Source of the DNA: Candidatus Acidiferrales bacterium
Lineage (GTDB): Bacteria > Acidobacteriota > Terriglobia > Acidiferrales > UBA7541
Reading direction: 5' to 3'
Length of the DNA: 64,000 nucleotides
NCBI GenBank assembly: GCA_035604415.1
Contig: DATNIN010000068.1
Location: 6,102-70,101 of the forward strand
The notes beneath the pieces are model-generated. The model saw only the letters and a list, made by a program, of their open reading frames with translations, was not told the origin of the DNA and searched no databases. The position numbers were made by a program, and so were the translations under genes. Shown one piece after another: positions 41,125 to 49,364 of this stretch (positions are counted from its first letter, which is position 1; every line of letters begins with the position of its first letter).

Positions 41125-43548
41125 GTGTCGCGTCCCGCTGAAGAACTGCTCGAATTCCACCGGCTGAAGGAAATCGTCGGCGGCTTCACTACGTGTGCGC
41201 CCGGGCGGCGCGCGATCCATGCGCTGGCGCCGGGGCAGGACGTTGCGGCGCTCGAGGCGGAGTTTGCGCTGGTGCGCGAGGCGATCGCATACTTGCGCGC
41301 CGGGTCGGAGCTGGGATTCGGCTCGCTAGCCGATCCGGAGCCGTGGCTCGAGCGGCTCGCGGTGCCCGGCTCGGTGCTCGCGCCGGCGGAATTTCTCGAC
41401 GCTGCTTCCTTGATGGAGACGGCGGGCGGGGTCCGACAGACATTCAAAGGCGAAGCCGCGAAGTATCCGCGCCTGGCCGAACGTGCGGCGTCGCTGGCCG
41501 ATTTCCGTTCGCTATTGACCGCGATTCGGCGCGCCGTGATGCCGAACGGAGAAATCAGCGACGACGCCTCGCCGCAACTGAAGCGCATCCGCGCGAGCAT
41601 GGTTCAGGCGCGCGAGAAAATTCAGCACTCGCTGGAAGGCATCTTGCGCGCGCGAGGCGAGCCGGCGGGCGAAGATTACATCACGCTGCGGAATGACCGC
41701 TTTGTGATTCCCGTGCGCGCATCGGAACGCCGCGCCGTGCCAGGAGTGGTCCACGCGGCGAGCGCTACGGGGCAGACGGTGTTCGTCGAACCGCTGGAAG
41801 CGATCGACCTGAATAACCGTCTGGTGCAGCTCGGGGGAGACGAAACCGCCGAAATCGCGCGCATCCTCGAAGAACTTACAGAGCGTGTGCGCGCCGAGAG
41901 GGGACCTCTCGACGCGGCGGCTGTGTCCATCGCGCATCTGGATGCGATCTTCGCGCGCGGCCGGTTTGCCCGCGAATTCGATTGCGTGACGCCGGAGTTC
42001 GCGGCGGGGAATTCGCTGCGGCTCGATGCGGCGCGCAATCCCGTGCTCGAAGCCACGTTGCGGCCGCAGGGGCGCAAGGCCGTGCCGCTCACGCTGGCAC
42101 TTGGCGGGAAAGAAACAGTGATGGTCGTCAGCGGGCCGAACACCGGCGGCAAGACGGTTTCGCTCAAGACCGTGGGGCTCGCGGCGCTTTCCGCGCAATC
42201 GGGAATTCCGATCGCGGCAGAGCGCGCCGGGATGCCGATTTTCGACCGCGTCCTTGCCGACATCGGCGACGAGCAATCCATCGCCGCGGACCTTTCGACC
42301 TTTTCCGCGCACATGCTGAATCTGAAGTCGATGCTGGAGGTGGCGACGGAGCGTTCGCTGATTCTGGTGGACGAGATGGGTACTGGCACGGCCCCGGAAG
42401 AGGGCGCGGCGCTCGCGGTCGCGCTGCTGGAGGAATTTCGCGCGCGCCGGGCGATGACGCTTGCGACGACGCACCACGACCGTCTGAAAGCGTACGCCTC
42501 GACAACGCCGGGCATAGTAAATGCCGCGATGGAGTTTGACGAGGAGCATTTGCGGCCTACGTACCGGCTGCTGGTCGGCGTGCCGGGAACGTCGAGCGGG
42601 ATCGAGATCGCGCGGCGGCTCGGACTTCCCGCACGCGTGGTGGACCGCGCCCGAGCCACTCTTTCGCCGGAATCGCGCGAGGCGCGCGACCTGATCGCCT
42701 ATCTCCACCGCAGCCGCGACGAGATGGAAACGGTGAAGCGCCAGGCCCGCGAAGAACTTGCACAGCTCGAAGCGGACCGCCGCGCGCTACAGACCGAATG
42801 GGTCGAGCGGCAGAAGAAACGCATTGCCGAGCTGGAGAAGAGTTTTCTTGCGACGCAAAAGCGGCTGGAAGGTGAAGTCGCGCGGCTTGCCGCGGATATC
42901 AAGGATCGCACGGTGCGCGCGCAGCTTGAAAAACAGGGCGGGCGCCGCATGGGGAAGATCGCTTCGGACGCCCGCGCCGAAGCGGATGCAGCGGTAGTCG
43001 AAACGCTCGCTGCGTCGCAAGCGGATTTGGGCGTCGCGGCGGGTTCGCTCGAAACGCCCGTTGCGCCTGAGAAGCTGTTGGAAGGGCAGCGCGTGCAGGT
43101 GAAAGGATTCAAGCAGGCGGTTGTGTTCAGGCGCCACGACGGGCGCATGGCAGAAGTCGAGGCTGGGCCGCTGCGGATGAAAGTCGCGCTCGCGGATGTG
43201 ATCGGCATCGAGAGCGATGCGAAGGCTGCGAGGGCGGATGCCGCTGCGGCAGCCGCGCGTCCCCGAGGAATCACCGTTCACACCCAGCCGAGTGACGAAC
43301 CTGCTGCCGATGAAATCAATGTAATCGGCTGTACCGTCGAAGAAGCCACACAGCGCGTGGACAAGTTCCTCGATGAGGCAGCGCTTGCAGGCAAGGCGAG
43401 CGTGCGCATTATCCACGGCCACGGAACGGGAGCACTTCGTCGGGGGCTCGGGGAATTCTTGTCCTCGCATCCCCTCGTGGAGAGAATCCATCACGAGGCA
43501 GAAGATCGCGGGGGCACGGCGATTACGGTAGCCGAATTGAAGGGCTGA
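41125..43548 (+). CDS. mutS2: Endonuclease MutS2 (MutS domain plus C-terminal Smr)
   Basis: 807 aa. Walker A GPNTGGKT, DEMGTGT, and a C-terminal Smr domain (IIHGHGTGALR). GTG start. Confidence 0.95.
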   Translation: MSRPAEELLEFHRLKEIVGGFTTCAPGRRAIHALAPGQDVAALEAEFALVREAIAYLRAGSELGFGSLADPEPWLERLAVPGSVLAPAEFLDAASLMETAGGVRQTFKGEAAKYPRLAERAASLADFRSLLTAIRRAVMPNGEISDDASPQLKRIRASMVQAREKIQHSLEGILRARGEPAGEDYITLRNDRFVIPVRASERRAVPGVVHAASATGQTVFVEPLEAIDLNNRLVQLGGDETAEIARILEELTERVRAERGPLDAAAVSIAHLDAIFARGRFAREFDCVTPEFAAGNSLRLDAARNPVLEATLRPQGRKAVPLTLALGGKETVMVVSGPNTGGKTVSLKTVGLAALSAQSGIPIAAERAGMPIFDRVLADIGDEQSIAADLSTFSAHMLNLKSMLEVATERSLILVDEMGTGTAPEEGAALAVALLEEFRARRAMTLATTHHDRLKAYASTTPGIVNAAMEFDEEHLRPTYRLLVGVPGTSSGIEIARRLGLPARVVDRARATLSPESREARDLIAYLHRSRDEMETVKRQAREELAQLEADRRALQTEWVERQKKRIAELEKSFLATQKRLEGEVARLAADIKDRTVRAQLEKQGGRRMGKIASDARAEADAAVVETLAASQADLGVAAGSLETPVAPEKLLEGQRVQVKGFKQAVVFRRHDGRMAEVEAGPLRMKVALADVIGIESDAKAARADAAAAAARPRGITVHTQPSDEPAADEINVIGCTVEEATQRVDKFLDEAALAGKASVRIIHGHGTGALRRGLGEFLSSHPLVERIHHEAEDRGGTAITVAELKG

Positions 43549-43549
43549 C

Positions 43550-43577
43550 GGAAAATGGAAAAGTGAAAATGGAAAAT
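43550..43577. repeat. Left arm of inverted repeat flanking the four-helix-bundle gene
   Basis: GGAAAATGGAAAAGTGAAAATGG matches the reverse complement of 44036-44058 (GGAAAATGGAAAAAAGAAAATGG) at 21 of 23 positions. Confidence 0.7.
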
Positions 43578-44000
43578 AGCAAAGAGTCGCCGCCACGCAC
43601 CGCCCGCCCGCGTGTTACTGATTTCACCGAACTGGAAACTTGGAAACATGCACGCATGTTGCGCAGCGAGTTGTATACAATGGTGAGGGCATTCCCTCAG
43701 GAAGAGAAGTTCAGCTTGGCCGTTCAGATAAGGCGTGCAGCGAGTTCCGTCACTGCGAATCTGGCTGAAGGGTACGGCCGCTATTCCTATCAGGAAAATG
43801 TCCAGTTTTGCCGGGTGAGCCGCGGGTCCCTCTACGAGCTGCGCGATCATTTGACTACTGCCCTCGACGCTGGGTACATTCCGAAGGCAACATACGAAGA
43901 GCTTGATGCGATGGCTATCAGTGCCATTCGTCTTATCAACGGTTACATACGAGCGACTAAGAATCTGAAAATGTCGGCAACTCCGAGCGCAGCGAAATGA
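43569..44000 (+). CDS. Four-helix-bundle protein (23S rRNA intervening-sequence protein family, TIGR02436-like)
   Basis: ETWKHARMLRSELYTMVRAFPQEEKFSLAVQIRRAASSVTANLAEGYGR...SRGSLYELRDHL is the hallmark of this family. GC looks lower than the flanks by eye. Confidence 0.85.
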   Translation: MENSKESPPRTARPRVTDFTELETWKHARMLRSELYTMVRAFPQEEKFSLAVQIRRAASSVTANLAEGYGRYSYQENVQFCRVSRGSLYELRDHLTTALDAGYIPKATYEELDAMAISAIRLINGYIRATKNLKMSATPSAAK

Positions 44001-44035
44001 TGCGGACAATGACGACCCCGAGGATCTTGCGGGTG

Positions 44036-44065
44036 CCATTTTCTTTTTTCCATTTTCCAATTTCC
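44036..44065. repeat. Right arm of inverted repeat flanking the four-helix-bundle gene
   Basis: CCATTTTCTTTTTTCCATTTTCCAATTTCC. See the left arm at 43550-43577. Confidence 0.7.
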
Positions 44066-44076
44066 GTTCCCTAAGA

Positions 44077-45819
44077 ATGGCTGAAGCAGGATCATTCGCG
44101 GAGAAGGTGAAGCAGCAGGCGGACATCGTCCGCGTCATCGGGGAATACATCCGCCTGAAGAAGACGGGGCAGAATTTCACGGGGCTGTGCCCGTTTCATC
44201 AGGAAAAGACTCCGTCGTTCGCGGTGCATCCCGTGCGGCAGATTTATCACTGCTTCGGGTGCGGCGCGGGCGGCGACGTTTTCAAATTCGTGCAGGAAGT
44301 GGACAAGTGCACGTTTCCGGAGGCGGTGCGGACGGTTGCGGAAAAGTGCGGCATTCCGATTCCGAGGCCGCGGGAGCGCTCGCCGGAGGAGAGGCAGGAG
44401 AATCAGCAGCGCGCCGCGCTCGTCGAGATGCATCGGGAGGCGGCGGCGTTTTTTGCACGGCAGCTCCACGAGGGACATGAGGGCAAGGTAGCAGGAGCGT
44501 ATCTCGAAGATCGCGGCCTCGACCGCGCGGCGATGACGCGATTCGGCCTGGGGTTTGCGCCCTCGTCGGGCGACGCGCTGCTGCGCCACCTGAAATCGAA
44601 ATATCCCGAAAAGCTGCTCGAAGCTTCGGGACTCTTGTCGCGAAACGAAAGCGGGCGATTCTACGACCGCTTCCGCCGCCGGATCATGTTCCCGATCGCA
44701 AACGAAGCGGGGAAAATCATCGCGTTTGGCGGGCGCGCGATGGGCGACGACCAGCCCAAGTATCTAAATTCGCCCGAGACGCCGATCTATTCGAAGAGCA
44801 ATGTGCTATACCACCTCGACCGCGCGAAGGAAGCGATCCGGAAAGAGGATTTCGCGATACTGGTGGAAGGCTACATGGACGCGATCGCCGTGGCGCGCGC
44901 GGGATTCGCGAATGTGGTGGCGAGCTGCGGCACGAGCCTGGCCGAGGCGCAGATCAAACTGCTGGGCCGGTTCACGCGGCGCGTGGTGGTGAATTACGAT
45001 CCGGACACCGCGGGGCAGGTGGCGACGGAGCGCTCGGTCACGCTGCTGCTCGAAAAAGAGTTCGACGTGCGCGTGCTGGCGCTGCCGGGGGGCGCCGATC
45101 CGGACAAGTTCCTCAAGGAGCAGGGCGCGGACGCATACCGCAAACTGCTGGCGCAGGCGCCGCCCTATCTCGACTACCTGATCGGGCGCGCGCGGCAGAT
45201 GGATCGTTCGACAGCGGCGGGAAAAGTGGCCGCGCTGAATTTTCTGATGCCATACGTGCAGCGGCTGCCGAACCGCCTGCTGCGCTCCGAATGGGCCTCG
45301 CGGATTGCGTCCGAGCTGCGCGTGGATGAGCCTGTGCTGCGCGAAGAGCTACGACGCGCCGCGGTCGAGCGCCGCAGCGAGGTGAAGCCCAAAGCGGGGC
45401 TGCTTGGGCCGGCTGCAAAGCCCGCCGAACGGCAGCTGATCCGGATGCTGATCGAGGCCGAGGGATTCCGGGAGAAGCTCGCCGGAGAAATCCTCGCGAA
45501 CGCCCTGCACAGGGGCCTCGAAACCGAAAGAATACTGGAGCTGCTCATTTCCAAAGTGGGCGAGCAGCCGGACCCCGCGGCACTGGCGGCGGCGCTCGAG
45601 GAGAGAGATCGGCGATTGCTCTTCGAGGTGCTTTTCGAGACGTCTTTTGAAGCTACGTGGGAAGCCGCGGAGAGCTGCCTGAGCGTTTTGCGCGGCCGCC
45701 GGGTCGAAGAGGAGCTTTCGGAATTGCAGAAACAGATCGAGACAAAAGCATCTCCCGCGGAATTGAATCGCTTGCTCGCACGCCGGCTCGAGCTGCAAAG
45801 GATGCTGGCACGCCGCTGA
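44077..45819 (+). CDS. dnaG: DNA primase
   Basis: Zinc finger CPFHQEKTPSF...CFGCGAGGD and a TOPRIM domain (EGYMD). Confidence 0.95.
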   Translation: MAEAGSFAEKVKQQADIVRVIGEYIRLKKTGQNFTGLCPFHQEKTPSFAVHPVRQIYHCFGCGAGGDVFKFVQEVDKCTFPEAVRTVAEKCGIPIPRPRERSPEERQENQQRAALVEMHREAAAFFARQLHEGHEGKVAGAYLEDRGLDRAAMTRFGLGFAPSSGDALLRHLKSKYPEKLLEASGLLSRNESGRFYDRFRRRIMFPIANEAGKIIAFGGRAMGDDQPKYLNSPETPIYSKSNVLYHLDRAKEAIRKEDFAILVEGYMDAIAVARAGFANVVASCGTSLAEAQIKLLGRFTRRVVVNYDPDTAGQVATERSVTLLLEKEFDVRVLALPGGADPDKFLKEQGADAYRKLLAQAPPYLDYLIGRARQMDRSTAAGKVAALNFLMPYVQRLPNRLLRSEWASRIASELRVDEPVLREELRRAAVERRSEVKPKAGLLGPAAKPAERQLIRMLIEAEGFREKLAGEILANALHRGLETERILELLISKVGEQPDPAALAAALEERDRRLLFEVLFETSFEATWEAAESCLSVLRGRRVEEELSELQKQIETKASPAELNRLLARRLELQRMLARR

Positions 45820-45820
45820 A

Positions 45821-47302
45821 ATGGCCTCGAAACTCCCATCCATCGTGATCGTCGGGCGCCCCAACGTGGGGAAGTCCACGCTCTTTAACCGCCTGACCGG
45901 CACGCGGCGGTCGATCGTGACGAACGAACCCGGCATCACGCGCGACCGGATCTACGGCACGGCCAATTGGGAGGGCCGCGCATTCGAGGTGGTGGATACG
46001 GGCGGGATCGTGCCGGAAGACAAGGCCGGGATTCCCGGCGAGATTCTCCGGCAGGCGCACATGGCGATCGAGAATGCCGCGCGAGTGATTCAGGTCGTCG
46101 ATGGCCGCGCGGGACCGATGCCGCTGGACGAGGAACTCGCGCAGCTCTTGCGGCGCGCGGGGAAGCCGCCCGTGCTCGTCGTGAACAAAGTGGATTCGCC
46201 GAACCAGGCGGACTTGGCCGCGCAGTTCTACGAACTGGGCGACGAGATATTTCCGATATCAGCGGAGCATGGATTCGGCATCGACACGCTGCTCGACGCG
46301 CTCACGAAGGATTTTCCGAAGGGCGAAGAGCCTGCAATCGAGCCGCACATCAACATCGCAATCATCGGCCGGCCCAACGTGGGGAAATCGACGCTGCTGA
46401 ACCAGCTCGTGGGTGCGGAGCGGTCGATCGTCTCCGCCGAGCCGGGCACCACGCGCGACATGGTGGATACCGTGGTCGAGCGCCACGGCAAGACGTACCG
46501 GTTTCTCGACACCGCCGGAATCCGCAGGAAAGGCAAGACGAATCTGATCGCTGAGAAATTGAGCGTGATCATGGCGCGGCGGCACCTGGAGCGGGCGGAC
46601 ATCGCGGTGCTGGTGGTGGACGCGTCGGTGGGCGTGACGTCGCACGATGCGACGATTGCGAGCTACGCGGAGCAATCGGGCCGGTCGGTGATCATCGCGA
46701 TGAACAAGTGGGACCTGGCGCTCGAAGCGGCGCGCGAAAAAGCCGAGAGGGAAAAGAAGCACGGGGAGAAGGGCGCGGGCGGGAATCCGAGCAAGCTGCT
46801 GGCGGATTACGAGCCGATCGTGCGCAACAAGTTCAAGTTTCTCTCGTACGCGCCGATCGTGTTTCTTTCCGCGCTGACGGGCGAGCGCGTGGAAAAGCTC
46901 TACACGCTGATCGATCGCGTGGCGACGGCGCGCGCGAGGCGAATTTCCACGGGCGAGCTGAACCGCTGGTTTTCGAGCGTGGACCTCGAACGCGGGACTT
47001 CGCCGGCGAGCCGCAAGGTAAAAATTTACTACGTCACGCAGGCCACGACCGCGCCGCCCACTTTTGTTCTGTTCACCAACCAAACGAAGCCGCTGCACTT
47101 CAGCTATCAGCGCTTTCTCGAGAATCGTCTGCGAGACGCCTTTGATTTCGTCGGCACGCCGATTCGCTTCAACCAGCGGCTGAAGAAGCGCGAACCGCGG
47201 CATGGCGAAGCCGGCGGCGGGGCGCCTCTGACGAAGCGCAAGCCGCGGCACAGCGACAAGCGCAAGTGGCACGGCGAGAAGAAGCGCGGCTCCAAGCGGT
47301 AG
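45821..47302 (+). CDS. der: Ribosome biogenesis GTPase Der (EngA) with basic C-terminal extension
   Basis: Two G domains (both GRPNVGKST), a KH-like domain, and a Lys/Arg-rich tail. Confidence 0.95.
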   Translation: MASKLPSIVIVGRPNVGKSTLFNRLTGTRRSIVTNEPGITRDRIYGTANWEGRAFEVVDTGGIVPEDKAGIPGEILRQAHMAIENAARVIQVVDGRAGPMPLDEELAQLLRRAGKPPVLVVNKVDSPNQADLAAQFYELGDEIFPISAEHGFGIDTLLDALTKDFPKGEEPAIEPHINIAIIGRPNVGKSTLLNQLVGAERSIVSAEPGTTRDMVDTVVERHGKTYRFLDTAGIRRKGKTNLIAEKLSVIMARRHLERADIAVLVVDASVGVTSHDATIASYAEQSGRSVIIAMNKWDLALEAAREKAEREKKHGEKGAGGNPSKLLADYEPIVRNKFKFLSYAPIVFLSALTGERVEKLYTLIDRVATARARRISTGELNRWFSSVDLERGTSPASRKVKIYYVTQATTAPPTFVLFTNQTKPLHFSYQRFLENRLRDAFDFVGTPIRFNQRLKKREPRHGEAGGGAPLTKRKPRHSDKRKWHGEKKRGSKR

Positions 47303-47333
47303 CGGAAGGCTATTTTCCACAACCCGTGAGGGG

Positions 47334-47361
47334 TTGACACGCCGGAAAATCGGCCTACGAT
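47334..47361 (+). promoter_or_regulatory. Candidate promoter for the MerR-family gene
   Basis: TTGACA (47334-47339), 16-nt spacer, TACGAT (47356-47361). The ATG at 47373 is only 12 nt downstream, implying a near-leaderless mRNA. Confidence 0.35.
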
Positions 47362-47372
47362 ACAGACAAGCT

Positions 47373-47798
47373 ATGGCAAGTGCGGCCCAAGCTGCGCGCG
47401 AACTCCCGGAAAAGAGCCTTTTCCGAATCGGCGAAGTGAGCCGACTGACGGCGACGAAGACGTTCGTTCTGCGCTACTGGGAGTCCGAATTTCCCACCCT
47501 ACAGCCGGTGAAAAGCCCCAGCGGACACCGCCTCTACCGGCGCGAAGATATCGAGACCGTCTTCGAAATCAAGCGGCTGCTCTACGAAGAGGGTTTTACA
47601 ATCGCGGGGGCGCGCAAGCACCTTGCCGACCAAAACGGCGCGAGCGACTCCGGGACGCACGGTGAAGCGCGGAATCCAATCACCCGGTCCGCGGAAGCGC
47701 CCGCGAAGCACGGACCCGCGTCGCGCGCGCACCGGAAATTCCTGCTCGATCTGCACGAAGAGCTGCTGGCTGTCTTGACCCTCCTCGAACGCGAGTGA
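47373..47798 (+). CDS. MerR family transcriptional regulator
   Basis: HTH FRIGEVSRLTATKTFVLRYWESEF...SGHRLYRREDI. Start at MASAAQ. Confidence 0.8.
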   Translation: MASAAQAARELPEKSLFRIGEVSRLTATKTFVLRYWESEFPTLQPVKSPSGHRLYRREDIETVFEIKRLLYEEGFTIAGARKHLADQNGASDSGTHGEARNPITRSAEAPAKHGPASRAHRKFLLDLHEELLAVLTLLERE

Positions 47799-47824
47799 TA
47801 CGCTGAAACGCGGTTGAAAGCGGT

Positions 47825-47901
47825 CGGGACGTGGCGCAGCCTGGTAGCGCGCACGCTTGGGGTGCGTGAGGTCGCTGGTTCAAATCCAGTCGTCCCGACC
47901 A
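47825..47901 (+). tRNA. tRNA-Pro (anticodon GGG)
   Basis: Manual cloverleaf: acceptor CGGGACG/CGTCCCG, D arm GCGC-AGCCTGGTA-GCGC, anticodon arm CACGC-TTGGGGT-GCGTG, T arm GCTGG-TTCAAAT-CCAGT, discriminator A, encoded CCA. 77 nt. Confidence 0.9.
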
Positions 47902-47919
47902 TATATTCAGTTTCCAACC

Positions 47920-48453
47920 ATGACTCGCTTTTGGAAGGTCTTGATTTTCGGCGTTCTGCCACTCTTGTTAGCAATTGGCGCTTACTTGGGATTCAGGAGA
48001 AGGCCGCCCGAGCCGATGCTCGTTGAGCCACTGGCGATTGCCTTCACGGAACCGGGGATGTCGTCCGCCAAGCGTCAAGCATTTCTCGCTGAGGATTACA
48101 AGATCTTGCGAACAGTGAACGCTTTCCCCTTCGCAATCCTAAAGGATTTCAAACGGCAAGGGCAGGATAGCCTCGCGATTGCCGACCCCGGTCAAGCGTT
48201 TGAAGCGACCGATGTGATAACCGACGCGGCCCTGCCACGCCGTCGGCTGATTTTCGCTGGCGTGGCCAAGGAGAGCGCCTTTGTCCACTATGAGAGAGGT
48301 GGATTTGGGCTCTCCTTCGTCATCGAGTTCTATCATCTGGAATCGAATCAGGAGGCAGTCGGATTGTGGCGGGGCTTCTGCGACAGGCCAGCGAAAAGCC
48401 TCGACGATTTGCGGTTAAGTATTGCGAATGGCCTTTGCAGAGGATCTGAATAA
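47920..48453 (+). CDS. Hypothetical membrane-anchored protein (orphan, lower GC)
   Basis: Start at MTRFWKVLIFGVLPLLLAIGAYLG (TM helix). No family recognised. Begins 19 nt after the tRNA. Confidence 0.45.
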   Translation: MTRFWKVLIFGVLPLLLAIGAYLGFRRRPPEPMLVEPLAIAFTEPGMSSAKRQAFLAEDYKILRTVNAFPFAILKDFKRQGQDSLAIADPGQAFEATDVITDAALPRRRLIFAGVAKESAFVHYERGGFGLSFVIEFYHLESNQEAVGLWRGFCDRPAKSLDDLRLSIANGLCRGSE

Positions 48454-48527
48454 TCTCATTCGCATTATGGGCGGTCCATACTAATCCCGGCAGCCCGCGT
48501 TCGCCGTTTCACCCGAGGCAAACTGGC

Positions 48528-49289
48528 ATGACGAGCATCTTGATTACAAATGACGACGGGATTCACGCGCCGGGCCTGCGCGCGCTGGTGCAGGGGATAA
48601 AGGATCTGGGCACGGTCACGGTCGTTGCGCCCTCGCAAGAGCGCAGCGCGGCGGCGCAATCGCTCACTTTGCGGCAGCCGATCTACTGCGATCAGATTGC
48701 CGAGCGCGAGTACTCGATCGAAGGCACGCCCGCCGACGCGATGATCCTGGCGATTCACAAGCTGCTGCCCGAAAGGCCCGACATCGTCGTGTCCGGGATC
48801 AACCGCGGCGGCAACATCGGCGAAAATATCTACTACTCGGGCACGATCGGCGCCGCGATGGAAGCGGCTGTCAACCGCGTGCCGGCGATTGCCGTGTCGG
48901 TGGCGTACCGGGGAAGGGAATTCGATTTTACGCCGGCGGCGCAGTTCACGCACAGCCTGGTGCCTCTGGTCCTGCGCGAAGGGCTTCCGGCGGGCGTGAT
49001 GCTCAACGTCAACGTACCGCAGGACTGGACTGGAGAGGTGCGGATCACGCGGCAGTCGTCGAAAATCACGCGGAACCTGTTGCAAGCCGGCACCGACCCG
49101 CGCGGGCGGCACTACTACTGGCTGAGCGAGCAGCAGCTGACGGGCGAAATCGATCCCGCCACGGATCATGCCGCGATCCGCGACGGCGCCGCCTCCATCA
49201 CGCCGCTCGAGGTCGATCAGACGCATCCTGCATCGCTCGAGCATCTTGCGCATTGGGTGAAAAGCCTCGAAGAAGCCTTGCGGCGCTGA
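48528..49289 (+). CDS. surE: 5'/3'-nucleotidase SurE
   Basis: MTSILITNDDGIHAPGLRAL, GINRGGN and YSGTIGAAMEA motifs. Confidence 0.95.
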   Translation: MTSILITNDDGIHAPGLRALVQGIKDLGTVTVVAPSQERSAAAQSLTLRQPIYCDQIAEREYSIEGTPADAMILAIHKLLPERPDIVVSGINRGGNIGENIYYSGTIGAAMEAAVNRVPAIAVSVAYRGREFDFTPAAQFTHSLVPLVLREGLPAGVMLNVNVPQDWTGEVRITRQSSKITRNLLQAGTDPRGRHYYWLSEQQLTGEIDPATDHAAIRDGAASITPLEVDQTHPASLEHLAHWVKSLEEALRR

Positions 49290-49364
49290 CGCCGAATCTT
49301 TCTCCCGAACGATGTGCTATTTTAGCGTTCTGCCTTTCCCGGCCTGCGAACGCCGGAAGCATCC

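Noticed and set aside
39462-42708. Large minus-strand ORFs (39462-40730, 40866-41600, 41512-42708, 41676-42659) over dacB, the LOG-family gene and mutS2.
   Set aside because: They are shadow ORFs opposite genes with clear catalytic motifs.
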